Positions 27,311 through 35,408 of a stretch of 42,903 bases of DNA are shown piece after piece; position 1 is the stretch's first letter; each line of letters begins with the position of its first letter. The position numbers were made by a program, and so were the translations under genes. The notes beneath the pieces are model-generated. The model ran no database searches. It had not been told where the DNA came from and was given only the letters and a program-made list of their open reading frames with translations. Source of the DNA: Alphaproteobacteria bacterium (lineage in GTDB: Bacteria > Pseudomonadota > Alphaproteobacteria > Rs-D84); assembly GCA_017554365.1 (NCBI GenBank), contig JAFZIM010000081.1, positions 1 to 42,903 on the forward strand. The letters are read 5' to 3'.

Positions 27311-27740
27311 GTTTGCCTCCTTTGTTTATACCAAAGAAGAACATCCCAGATGTTTTTGCACCTGTTATTTTAGTTGATATAGCAGACAGGCTTTTGTATT
27401 TTTCATTATTATAAGTAAATGTATCGTCATCATTGACAATAATTTCATGCTTTATACCCTTGAAATATCGTGTCAGAATTGTGCCTGGAATAAATAGATA
27501 TTTATTTTGCCGTGCATGTTCTAGGCATTGTTCCGGATTATCTTTGAATTTGCGAATTTTTATCAGGTATTTTGGTTCAATTCGCAGGTTTAGGCGGTCA
27601 TATTGAATATAATACCAAAGCGACCGCATTTGTCGTTTAAACGGATATTGTGAGTACTTTGTCCATAATCGTGCCCGTTCATCAAAAGACAAGGCTTTTA
27701 GCTCGTCTAGCGTCTTTGGCAGGGTATCTTTATACGACAT
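27300..27740 (-). CDS. DUF2924-like protein (recombinase-associated)
   Basis: 146 aa. C-terminal ...YNNEKYKSLSAISTKITGAKTSGMFFFGI matches my recollection of the DUF2924 signature (Y.SLSAIA..ITG...SG..FFGL). That family is typically encoded directly upstream of serine recombinases. Confidence 0.6.
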   Translation of the reverse strand: MSYKDTLPKTLDELKALSFDERARLWTKYSQYPFKRQMRSLWYYIQYDRLNLRIEPKYLIKIRKFKDNPEQCLEHARQNKYLFIPGTILTRYFKGIKHEIIVNDDDTFTYNNEKYKSLSAISTKITGAKTSGMFFFGINKGGKHDN

Positions 27741-27849
27741 ATAGACTCCTTTATAACGTCAAGCAATTACCGCTCTAAAGAAGCCAAAAGTCAAGTTATT
27801 AAAAGAAATACAAATAACCACGTAATATATGTCTAAAAACATCATACAA

Positions 27850-29037
27850 TTATAAGTGTTTGTTCAACCATCGGCGTACAGAATTTTTTATCTGCTCGCT
27901 TGGCATAATACGGGGTACAGCATAAACCAGCATGCGTTTAATTTGATAACGCATAAAGCCGCCTTTTGCACGAAAAGCATGGCGGTATTTCTGTCTTGTT
28001 TTGTCATTACAAATAAGATCTTGTTCATTATAAATAAATTTATAATCGTGTAAAAATTGTTTTAGATATTTTGTTGGACCAATGATTTGTGGAAATTCAG
28101 ACCAATGATGTGTCGGCAATATCTCTTTTGCACAATCTACCAGAACAAAATTACATTTTTTTATTTTACATAACAAATATTGCGTATCAGAATTATCAGC
28201 AAGCAATTTGTTGCGTTTAATTTGTATGACTCTGCCTCCATTGGGCATAAATAAAGATAGATGCAATGCTGACCCGGCAATACCGGCTAAACATTTACAA
28301 TGGCTCATGTATTCAATTTGTTTAGATAGAGATAATTGCTCTGGATGAATAACAACGAAACCATTTTTTTCAAAGATTTTTTGAATACAACTTTCTCCAA
28401 AAGTGGCACGATTCGGCAATTTTTCTCGTGATACATATATTTTGTCAAAGTATAATTTTGGATGGATACGAGTAGAAGCAGAATCAAATATTTTGGCAAA
28501 TTCCAAAGAATATTTATTAGGAATCTCAAAGGCAACTGGCGGCACATACAGGCATTTGACTTTCACGTTGGTATTTATCAAGTAAATATCTGATTTTTTA
28601 ATACCCAATGCAGCCAGAAATTCTAATACAAAATCAGGTATTTTTTGCAAATTTCGGTTATTCAATATTATATATTTCACATTCTTGTATTTATGATACA
28701 AAGCTGAGTACAAACGATTTGTATGTTCTAATAAAAAATGTCCAAAATGATCTTCCAGTGTGCCGAGATAAACCGCATCTATATCCAATACTTCCGCTTC
28801 GGATGTAAATACTGGAGCTTGTTGCACAATTTTGTTTCGCAACTGTAAAGACTCTTTAATTATATTGCCTTTTGCATCAAACACTCCGAATCTTTGTGTG
28901 TTCGGCTCAATAACTATGGTGGCATTGTTTATAGTACGAATACGTAAAGAGCGCGTATTGTGAATATTATTGATAGATTTTGCGAAAAAACGCTTATATC
29001 TATCAGAAGCATAAATAATTGGGTTCATACTATTCAT
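27850..29037 (-). CDS. GT61/DUF563-like glycosyltransferase
   Basis: 395 aa. EDHFGHFLLEHTNRLY resembles the conserved H-x-[FY]GHWL..-..RL motif of DUF563 (GT61) capsule/protein glycosyltransferases. Confidence 0.55.
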   Translation of the reverse strand: MNSMNPIIYASDRYKRFFAKSINNIHNTRSLRIRTINNATIVIEPNTQRFGVFDAKGNIIKESLQLRNKIVQQAPVFTSEAEVLDIDAVYLGTLEDHFGHFLLEHTNRLYSALYHKYKNVKYIILNNRNLQKIPDFVLEFLAALGIKKSDIYLINTNVKVKCLYVPPVAFEIPNKYSLEFAKIFDSASTRIHPKLYFDKIYVSREKLPNRATFGESCIQKIFEKNGFVVIHPEQLSLSKQIEYMSHCKCLAGIAGSALHLSLFMPNGGRVIQIKRNKLLADNSDTQYLLCKIKKCNFVLVDCAKEILPTHHWSEFPQIIGPTKYLKQFLHDYKFIYNEQDLICNDKTRQKYRHAFRAKGGFMRYQIKRMLVYAVPRIMPSEQIKNSVRRWLNKHL

Positions 29038-30139
29038 GTTTTGTTTTTATAATATTTTGATACAATTTAATTACAGAATCTATATTATGTTGAATGTCAT
29101 ATTTATTGCAGACAGATTTTTTTAATTGTTGCCCCAGGATTTTTTGACGTTCTTCATCTTGTAATAACTTTATTATTGCACGAGCTAATAAATCAGTTGA
29201 GCAACTTTTTATTAAAACACCTGTTTTGTTGTTAATAAGCTCTTTGATTCCCCCGACTTTTGTCGCTATTACAGGTTTTCCCAGTAATGCTAGCTCTATT
29301 AAAGATGTAGGAATGCTTTCAAACAAGGACGGTTGTACAAAGATATCGTGTTTGTTTGCGATAGTACCAGGTCCCAGGCTCGGATCAAATACACCAGCAA
29401 AAACAACATTGTTTCCCAGTCCTAATGACATAGCAAGTCGTTCATAGTGTGGTTTGGCACGACCATCACCGTACAAAAATAATTTTGCGCCGGGGATATG
29501 TCGAATTACCTCTTTCCATGCAAACAATAATACACCAATACCCTTTTCTGGGGACATTCTTGCAATGCAGGCGACTGAATTTGGTATATATTTGGTTTTG
29601 TGTAAGCGTGGTTTGCGTATAAAATGCGGAATTATTTGTATAGGCCCATCAAACTTATGAAAATTTTTTATGCCTTTAGCTGATGCTGTACAGGTTGCAA
29701 CAAAGGTATTTATACAATTTAATATCCTGCCGAAATGTTTTGGGTACCAAAACGCGGAATCCGTACATGGTGTTGTATGTTCGGTTGCAACAATCGGGAT
29801 GTTTGGTGCTTTTTTATATTTTAAGTATGCCGCTAACAAATTACCTGCTGGACTGGCATGGATTATATCTGGTGACCAAGCGATAAAATCCGCCATGATA
29901 TCTTTGATGAATTCATCATCTATACTGCGGTCTTCACGATTTTTGCGAAAATGTTTAGGGGCATATGTTTTTATGTTATGTTTTTGTAAAATTTCAAACC
30001 AGTACAAGTTTGTCGGTTTTTCGCACACAAACACACGTACGTCTATATCTCTTTCCTTTAATTCCAATGCCAATGTGGCGTTGTAATGCTCTGTACCCCC
30101 GAATGAGTGCAAGTAATCACAAAATATAGCAACTTTCAC
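29030..30139 (-). CDS. GT4 (GT-B fold, Glycos_transf_1) glycosyltransferase
   Basis: N-terminus MKVAIFCDYLHSFGGTEHYNATLALEL. C-terminal EX7E region VQPSLFESIPTSLIELALLGKPVIATKVGGIKELI. Confidence 0.85.
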   Translation of the reverse strand: MKVAIFCDYLHSFGGTEHYNATLALELKERDIDVRVFVCEKPTNLYWFEILQKHNIKTYAPKHFRKNREDRSIDDEFIKDIMADFIAWSPDIIHASPAGNLLAAYLKYKKAPNIPIVATEHTTPCTDSAFWYPKHFGRILNCINTFVATCTASAKGIKNFHKFDGPIQIIPHFIRKPRLHKTKYIPNSVACIARMSPEKGIGVLLFAWKEVIRHIPGAKLFLYGDGRAKPHYERLAMSLGLGNNVVFAGVFDPSLGPGTIANKHDIFVQPSLFESIPTSLIELALLGKPVIATKVGGIKELINNKTGVLIKSCSTDLLARAIIKLLQDEERQKILGQQLKKSVCNKYDIQHNIDSVIKLYQNIIKTKHE

Positions 30140-30253
30140 TTTTATGCCTCTTTGTGTTTAATTTTAACAACAGAAATTCTAAGGTCAATAATTTCTATAA
30201 AAATTTGACAACTAAAAACAATATGCTACGATGAAACAGTCACAGGGGCCATT

Positions 30254-30751
30254 ATGTCAGAAAAGACACTTTTTATATTAAAACCTGATGCTCTTCAACT
30301 GAGCTTAAGGACATTGTGCGCCAGATTTGACTTTTATAAACAACTTCGTACAAATGATTTATCTATCTTGGCATCTGCAAAATTCAATATGACATATGAT
30401 ATGTTGATGGCATATCAGCCTGTGTTGGCACCAGATTTTCAGACAGAAATGACTCAGGATTGGAAAGATGCTACAATAGATTATCATTTGGGTAAAGATC
30501 ATTCTGGGAAAGAACATTTGTTGGTTGTTGTTGAGGGATACAACGCTCTGGCGAAAGGTCCTATTATTAAACGAGCTATTCGAAACAAATATTGTACACC
30601 ATGGGAAAAGTATGCACCTGGTAATTTGATTCATGCACCAGACAACAATGAAGAATACGAAAATGATTTATATTCATTTCAATCTGTACTTAGTTCGACA
30701 AAGAATTCAAAAAAACTAGACTTTTTCCATAATACAAGGAGAGAAAAATGA
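30254..30751 (+). CDS. Nucleoside-diphosphate-kinase-like fold protein (divergent)
   Basis: EKTLFILKPDAL aligns with NDK ERTxxxIKPDAV. LLVVVEGYNALAKG aligns with the NDK VLEGENAV region. NLIHAPDNNEE aligns with the NDK catalytic-His motif NxxHGSDS. SD aggggc lies upstream. Confidence 0.5.
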   Translation: MSEKTLFILKPDALQLSLRTLCARFDFYKQLRTNDLSILASAKFNMTYDMLMAYQPVLAPDFQTEMTQDWKDATIDYHLGKDHSGKEHLLVVVEGYNALAKGPIIKRAIRNKYCTPWEKYAPGNLIHAPDNNEEYENDLYSFQSVLSSTKNSKKLDFFHNTRREK

Positions 30752-31215
30752 TAAAAGAAGTAAGTTATGCGGCATATATCATACCAGTCCGTGTTGTTGA
30801 CGGCAAAAAAGAAATCGCTATATTAGAATATGCACCTGGGGCTTATGGCACCATTGGTGGTCGTTTTGATGATGGTGAAACTACAGCCACACAAGCATTA
30901 ACCCGTGAATTATGTGAAGAGTTGGGCAAATCTTCCGAATTTATGGTTGGTTTAGCTCAACAAGTTGCTGAACCTTATAAGTTTAAGGTTGCAGAACATA
31001 AAATAGAGAAGCGCGGTGCTTATAACGAAGCACATGTCTTTTTTGTCGCAAAGGTCCCTAGCAACACAGTGCTTGAATTTTGTGAAGAACGTGAAGACAC
31101 GGTAAAAGTGTTTTGGCTTGATTCTGAAGCATTGGTTGATGAAAAGGTGATTGGGCTTCCAGATCAACGAGAATATTTTGAAAAGAATGTTATGCCAATA
31201 ATACGCAAGATATAA
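30748..31215 (+). CDS. NUDIX hydrolase
   Basis: Nudix box GGRFDDGETTATQALTRELCEELG (Gx5Ex7REUxEExGU). ATGA overlap with the upstream gene. SD aaggaga. Confidence 0.85.
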   Translation: MIKEVSYAAYIIPVRVVDGKKEIAILEYAPGAYGTIGGRFDDGETTATQALTRELCEELGKSSEFMVGLAQQVAEPYKFKVAEHKIEKRGAYNEAHVFFVAKVPSNTVLEFCEEREDTVKVFWLDSEALVDEKVIGLPDQREYFEKNVMPIIRKI

Positions 31216-31223
31216 AGTAAGCT

Positions 31224-32300
31224 ATGAATATACTGATTCATTATTATAGATTGGGACATTACATCGGTGGTACCGAGGTTGTTGCCTTGAATCAATGTAC
31301 GGAATTTGTAAAACAAGGACATAATGTAACTATTTTGACGGCCGATGTTGGTAGGCATTCAAAAATATTTAATGAATTTATTTCTGCAAACCCGACTGTA
31401 AAGCTCGTGGAATTGCCTCTAACGATACCACGAAAAACAGGCGACACGTGGACAGATATAGATGTAGAATCATATTTGTTTGGAAAAATTGCTGCGATAA
31501 ATTTTTATGCCACCAATACAGAGCAATTTGATATTGTTGTTATTCATAATAAAACAGATGCACTTTTTATTCCGGATTGCTATAAAAAAGTCATACACCT
31601 GCATGGTTCACCAGAAATTTTTGATAATCTAATGGAAATTGCTTTGTATGACGCTAATGGATTATTGGCTGTTTCTGAAAGTGTAAAAGATGCCTGGACT
31701 ACTAATATTAAATCTCTGCGGCAACCAATATCGGTTATTCATAATGGTATTGATAATTCAATCTTTTACAACACACATCAAAAGCGGGATATAGATGTTT
31801 TGTTTGTTGGTCGTCTTTATCCACACAAAGGTATTTTAGAATTATTAGAAATATCCGATACCAATGATTTTAAATTTGTTATTATTGGTGCAGGACCATT
31901 GGAAACCGAAATAGTAAAACACCCTCGAGTTCAGCATTACAAAAACTTATCCACTGAACAATTAACCGATTTTTATAATAGAGCAAAAATTTTTGCTGGT
32001 CCCTCTACTGCAAAAGAAGGGGTTTTAACAACGATGTTAGAAGCAGCAATGTGTGGCTGCGCAATAATAACCACAGATTGTGCCGGCATGGTGGATTTTG
32101 CAAAGCATGGTTTTAATTCTTTGCTAGTGCCACCCAAAGATGTTGAAGCTTTATCTGCTGCAATAAAAGAATTGTTAGCAAACGATGAACTGCGCTCACT
32201 TATTGCCAGAAATGCTGAATCCGATGCTGTGAACAATTGGAATATACAACGACAAACCAACAAATTGTTAGAGTTTTATAAATCTGTAATATGCGAATAG
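31224..32300 (+). CDS. GT4 (GT-B fold) glycosyltransferase
   Basis: GGTEVVALNQCTEFVKQGHNVTILT and the C-terminal PSTAKEGVLTTMLEAAMCGCAIITTDCAGMVDF (EX7E-type region). Confidence 0.8.
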   Translation: MNILIHYYRLGHYIGGTEVVALNQCTEFVKQGHNVTILTADVGRHSKIFNEFISANPTVKLVELPLTIPRKTGDTWTDIDVESYLFGKIAAINFYATNTEQFDIVVIHNKTDALFIPDCYKKVIHLHGSPEIFDNLMEIALYDANGLLAVSESVKDAWTTNIKSLRQPISVIHNGIDNSIFYNTHQKRDIDVLFVGRLYPHKGILELLEISDTNDFKFVIIGAGPLETEIVKHPRVQHYKNLSTEQLTDFYNRAKIFAGPSTAKEGVLTTMLEAAMCGCAIITTDCAGMVDFAKHGFNSLLVPPKDVEALSAAIKELLANDELRSLIARNAESDAVNNWNIQRQTNKLLEFYKSVICE

Positions 32301-33118
32301 AAATACAATCTTTAGGTCAAGGTATTGTGTGTGATATGCCACAAGATATATGCGACATGGTATCTGACCATTATTTTTTATCAGAGTATATACCAAATGC
32401 ACGTGTAATTAAATCAAAGGCACAAGCAGAACTAAATGTTCATATTGGCAATACTTTTGACCGGCAAGACAAGCATATTACAATTACAAAAGTTGACAGT
32501 GACATACGTTCATTTATTGTGATTGTAGGGGCTTTACTAGAGTATAAAAGACAGCATTGTAGGTTATACCAAGTTCATGGCTCTGCGGTTGCGATAAAAG
32601 ATAATGCAGTTGCTATAATTGGTGGCATGTCGGGTATTGGAAAAACGACTTTGGCTCTGTTCATGCATACTATGCCACATGTGATATTTATCGGAGATGA
32701 GAAATTTGTTTTGGACGGGCAAAATAAAACACTAGTTGGAGGTTGTCCAATATCAAAAGATAATTATAAAAGTAAAAATATACAATCTGTCAGTGTTGCT
32801 CCTTACAACGGTGCAGTGCATTTAAAATTAGTCGTATTTCCCATTATTACCGACGAACCAAGTATAACGTATTACAAATTGGATTCATTAAAGTTATTTT
32901 GGCATTTGTATGAGGAAGCAAGCAGAGATATCCGTAATCTAAATATGTTGTATGATAATTTCACAAAAACTGCAAACAGTTTTGATTCTGACAATATAAT
33001 GAAACAACGATTAGCAGATATTCAAAATATATCAAAAAACACTCCCGCATATTTTATACGTGGCAATGTATCAGAAGTTGCCAAATTTATTTATAATTTA
33101 ACGACATCATCAACGTAA
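32291..33118 (+). CDS. HPr-kinase-C-like P-loop protein (HprK-related kinase)
   Basis: VHGSAVAIKDNAVAIIGGMSGIGKTTLALFM...FIGDEKFVL parallels HprK C-domain HGvlv...G.GvLitG.SGiGKSe.AL...lvaDD. The N-terminal ~90 aa is unassigned. Start is uncertain (no SD at 32291). Confidence 0.55.
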   Translation: MRIEIQSLGQGIVCDMPQDICDMVSDHYFLSEYIPNARVIKSKAQAELNVHIGNTFDRQDKHITITKVDSDIRSFIVIVGALLEYKRQHCRLYQVHGSAVAIKDNAVAIIGGMSGIGKTTLALFMHTMPHVIFIGDEKFVLDGQNKTLVGGCPISKDNYKSKNIQSVSVAPYNGAVHLKLVVFPIITDEPSITYYKLDSLKLFWHLYEEASRDIRNLNMLYDNFTKTANSFDSDNIMKQRLADIQNISKNTPAYFIRGNVSEVAKFIYNLTTSST

Positions 33119-33711
33119 TTACTAACAAGTACAGTCTTGATGCCTAGCAGATGTGCTGGCATAATATCTACTGCTACATTATCCCCAAACAAAATGGCTT
33201 TTTCAACAGGAACATCAAGTTTCTGTAGAATAATCTCCAAATTTCTGATAGATGGTTTTGATTCTACTTGGTCTTCGCGAGCAAAAACAACCACTTTGGA
33301 CGATAAAGGATATCTACTGGTTATAGAATCTACTTTTTCCCTAGACAACGATGTGTACAAACATACCTTGTTTGTTTCGCTTAGTTTATTTAGGAATTTG
33401 ATGATTTCTGGTTTGATACGGTTTAATTCATAATACTTTTTTGACAATTCTTCCGCTTTACTATCATCTATTACAATGCCGTTACCCGCACACGCACTCG
33501 CAATATGTGAAGCAGTCGAACTGTTTTTACTTTTCTCATATGCTCGTTCCATACCAACATTTATTTCGGCAACCTGTAATTTAGACAAGTCCGGAAACGC
33601 ATCAGACAGCATTTTAACCTTGGCATCGTGATTGTTATCTAATACACCATTTATATCAAAAATCAGCACATCATAATGACTTGCATATTTCATAAAATCA
33701 TCTATAATCAT
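33091..33711 (-). CDS. HAD-superfamily hydrolase-like protein
   Basis: Motif I-like VLIFDINGVLD (DxN instead of DxD). Motif IV-like LFGDNVAVDI. 206 aa. Confidence 0.6.
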   Translation of the reverse strand: MIIDDFMKYASHYDVLIFDINGVLDNNHDAKVKMLSDAFPDLSKLQVAEINVGMERAYEKSKNSSTASHIASACAGNGIVIDDSKAEELSKKYYELNRIKPEIIKFLNKLSETNKVCLYTSLSREKVDSITSRYPLSSKVVVFAREDQVESKPSIRNLEIILQKLDVPVEKAILFGDNVAVDIMPAHLLGIKTVLVSNYVDDVVKL

Positions 33712-33733
33712 TATAAATCCTTATAAATTGGAC

Positions 33734-34714
33734 ATGATGATGATATCACCTTTGACAATTGGTATTCCAGTAAAAAATGAAGAAAACACAATTTCCTCTA
33801 CATTGAGAGCCTTGGATAATGCTATAAAATATTTAGACAAGCGAATACCGATTGAAACTATTGTTTGTCTTAATGGTACCACTGATAATACACAGGCTAT
33901 AATCGAAAGTTATAAAAACAGAGCATTGTGCAAAAGACTGAATTTGAGCATCGTACGCTCTCGTGCCGGCAAACTTCTAGCAGAAAGGAAAATTGCACGT
34001 GTACGTAAATTACACGGTTTTATACTGTATTGTGACGCTGATACCATAATAGATAAACGAGCGATAAAAGAGCTATATGCGAGTGTGTGTAAAAATGATA
34101 ATTTGCGTGTGGCTTGCGCCAAGGTTTTACCTATTTTTAATAAACCTCTAAATAATTTCCAAAAAATAATGAAAGCATACTATGAAATGCGTTATTTGCT
34201 GCCTGTACGAGGTTGTTTTCATGGACGTATGTTTATTGTGCGTGATGCGGATGATGTCTTGGAACAGTATGATATTGCGGAACGGATTAAGAGAGTGCCA
34301 CGGAACACCGTAAGGAAACTATATTTGGATAAAGGACCAATATGTGATGATATTGTGCTTTCAGCGGCGATTGTACACAAATATGGTCAGCACGCAATAC
34401 AAAGGGTGCATACGGCCAAGGTTTATTTCTATCCGCCAGCCAATCGGTATGATTTTTTCTTAGGTGTGCGACGATACACAATTGAAATGCAACGTATAAA
34501 TACATTATTTCCGGAATTTGTATCTATAAACAATTCTAAACCATTTGAACGCCCAGTAAAAATAGTTAAATGGACAATGTTTAGGCGTAAAAAACATCTT
34601 GCCGAAACTTTAATGGAATTTGAATATTTCTTGAGTAACATTGTAAAAATGTACGAACTTGAAACCAATAATCTTGAATTGTGGGAAACTGTAGAATCAA
34701 GCAAGCTCCACTAA
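33734..34714 (+). CDS. GT2 glycosyltransferase
   Basis: LTIGIPVKNEENTISSTLRALDNA...IVCLNGTTDNT and the DxD in ILYCDADTII. The ATG at 33734 was chosen; a TTG at 33728 is also possible. Confidence 0.7.
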   Translation: MMMISPLTIGIPVKNEENTISSTLRALDNAIKYLDKRIPIETIVCLNGTTDNTQAIIESYKNRALCKRLNLSIVRSRAGKLLAERKIARVRKLHGFILYCDADTIIDKRAIKELYASVCKNDNLRVACAKVLPIFNKPLNNFQKIMKAYYEMRYLLPVRGCFHGRMFIVRDADDVLEQYDIAERIKRVPRNTVRKLYLDKGPICDDIVLSAAIVHKYGQHAIQRVHTAKVYFYPPANRYDFFLGVRRYTIEMQRINTLFPEFVSINNSKPFERPVKIVKWTMFRRKKHLAETLMEFEYFLSNIVKMYELETNNLELWETVESSKLH

Positions 34715-34736
34715 AAGTGATAATTTTCGCATTTTA

Positions 34737-34904
34737 ATGCTTTTTCTTGATTTTTATGTTGTTTTAAGCTATGTTTTTGATGAATCCAACTCTGCATCAT
34801 TAAATCCGATGTATAACCAAAATAAAACAGCATATGATTTTTATATTAAATATGGATTTAAACCCATAGAACAAAAAATGCATTTAAAGATAATAACAAG
34901 ATAA
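34737..34904 (+). pseudogene. 5'-truncated GNAT acetyltransferase relic (C-terminal ~45 codons)
   Basis: The frame reads ...YVFDESNSASLNPMYNQNKTAYDFYIKYGFKPIEQKMHLKIITR*. This is the classic GNAT C-terminal A..FY.K.GF motif, with no upstream acetyl-CoA-binding core. Confidence 0.55.
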
Positions 34905-34930
34905 AAAAACGCCCATTTGGGCGTTTTTAT
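34903..34930 (+). terminator. Rho-independent terminator
   Basis: Stem acgccca(34909-34915)/tgggcgt(34919-34925), loop ttt, then ttttat. Confidence 0.8.
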
Positions 34931-34967
34931 AAAAGTGTTTGTTGGAAAGAGAATATATACAAAAGAT

Positions 34968-34995
34968 TTGACATTTGGTCTTTTATTGTTAAACT
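34968..34995 (+). promoter_or_regulatory. Putative sigma70-type promoter with ~140-nt leader before the 80-aa ORF
   Basis: ttgaca(34968-34973), 16-nt spacer, taaact(34990-34995). This is the same -10 hexamer as the tRNA-Ser promoter candidate. Confidence 0.35.
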
Positions 34996-35137
34996 ACTTC
35001 ACAATGATTTATTTAAAACGCAATTTCTTTGGTTTATTTTTTGCCCTGTAAAACGGGGCTATATTTCATACTATTTTTATTTTTCATAATACTTATTTTA
35101 CAAGCAATAAACAGATAATAAAAAAAAGGATATTATC

Positions 35138-35380
35138 ATGCTAAATAATAAACATATACCAATGTATGTACGATATTTCTATCAACCATGGATGGGGGAT
35201 AAATGTACAGCAGGTGCTTTGCCAGAAAAATCTGAAGTAGAAAAAATTAACACAAGAATATTATGTTTGAATCCAATTCAAAGAAAAGAATTATTCAAAT
35301 TAATATCAAAAAATTATGAAGTAAAAATCATAAAAGAAAAAACATTTTTATCTATTGTCAGAAATGAAAGAGGAAAGTAA
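35138..35380 (+). CDS. Small hypothetical protein (80 aa)
   Basis: SD aaaggat lies upstream and a terminator follows immediately. No motif recognised. Confidence 0.4.
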   Translation: MLNNKHIPMYVRYFYQPWMGDKCTAGALPEKSEVEKINTRILCLNPIQRKELFKLISKNYEVKIIKEKTFLSIVRNERGK

Positions 35381-35408
35381 AAAAAACGCCCGTTTGGGCG
35401 TTTTTTAT
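35380..35408. terminator. Bidirectional rho-independent terminator
   Basis: Stem acgccc(35386-35391)/gggcgt(35396-35401). Flanked by an A-run and a T-run, between convergent genes. Confidence 0.8.

Larger units (their letters stand above)
24556..34935. mobile_element. Putative tRNA-Ser-adjacent genomic island (serine-recombinase module plus glycosylation cargo); boundaries unproven
   Basis: It begins at the 3' end of tRNA-Ser and contains a DUF2924-like plus large serine recombinase operon. Spot counts give higher G+C than neighbouring housekeeping genes. It ends at a 5'-truncated GNAT relic plus terminator. No flanking direct repeat was found by eye. Confidence 0.35.

Noticed and set aside
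29226-30086. Several 67-138-aa plus-strand ORFs inside the GT4 gene
   Set aside because: They are antisense to a gene with clear GT4 motifs (EX7E) and have no motifs or SD of their own.
24556-35137. Direct repeat of the tRNA-Ser 3' end (att scar) at the far side of the island, and likewise for tRNA-Thr near 9.2-9.7 kb
   Set aside because: I scanned the candidate boundaries (27741-27849, 34715-35137, 9201-9724) by eye and found no copy of the tRNA 3' segments. Only an 8-mer (ccatccgc) recurs, at ~24650, which is too short to call. The boundaries therefore remain unproven.
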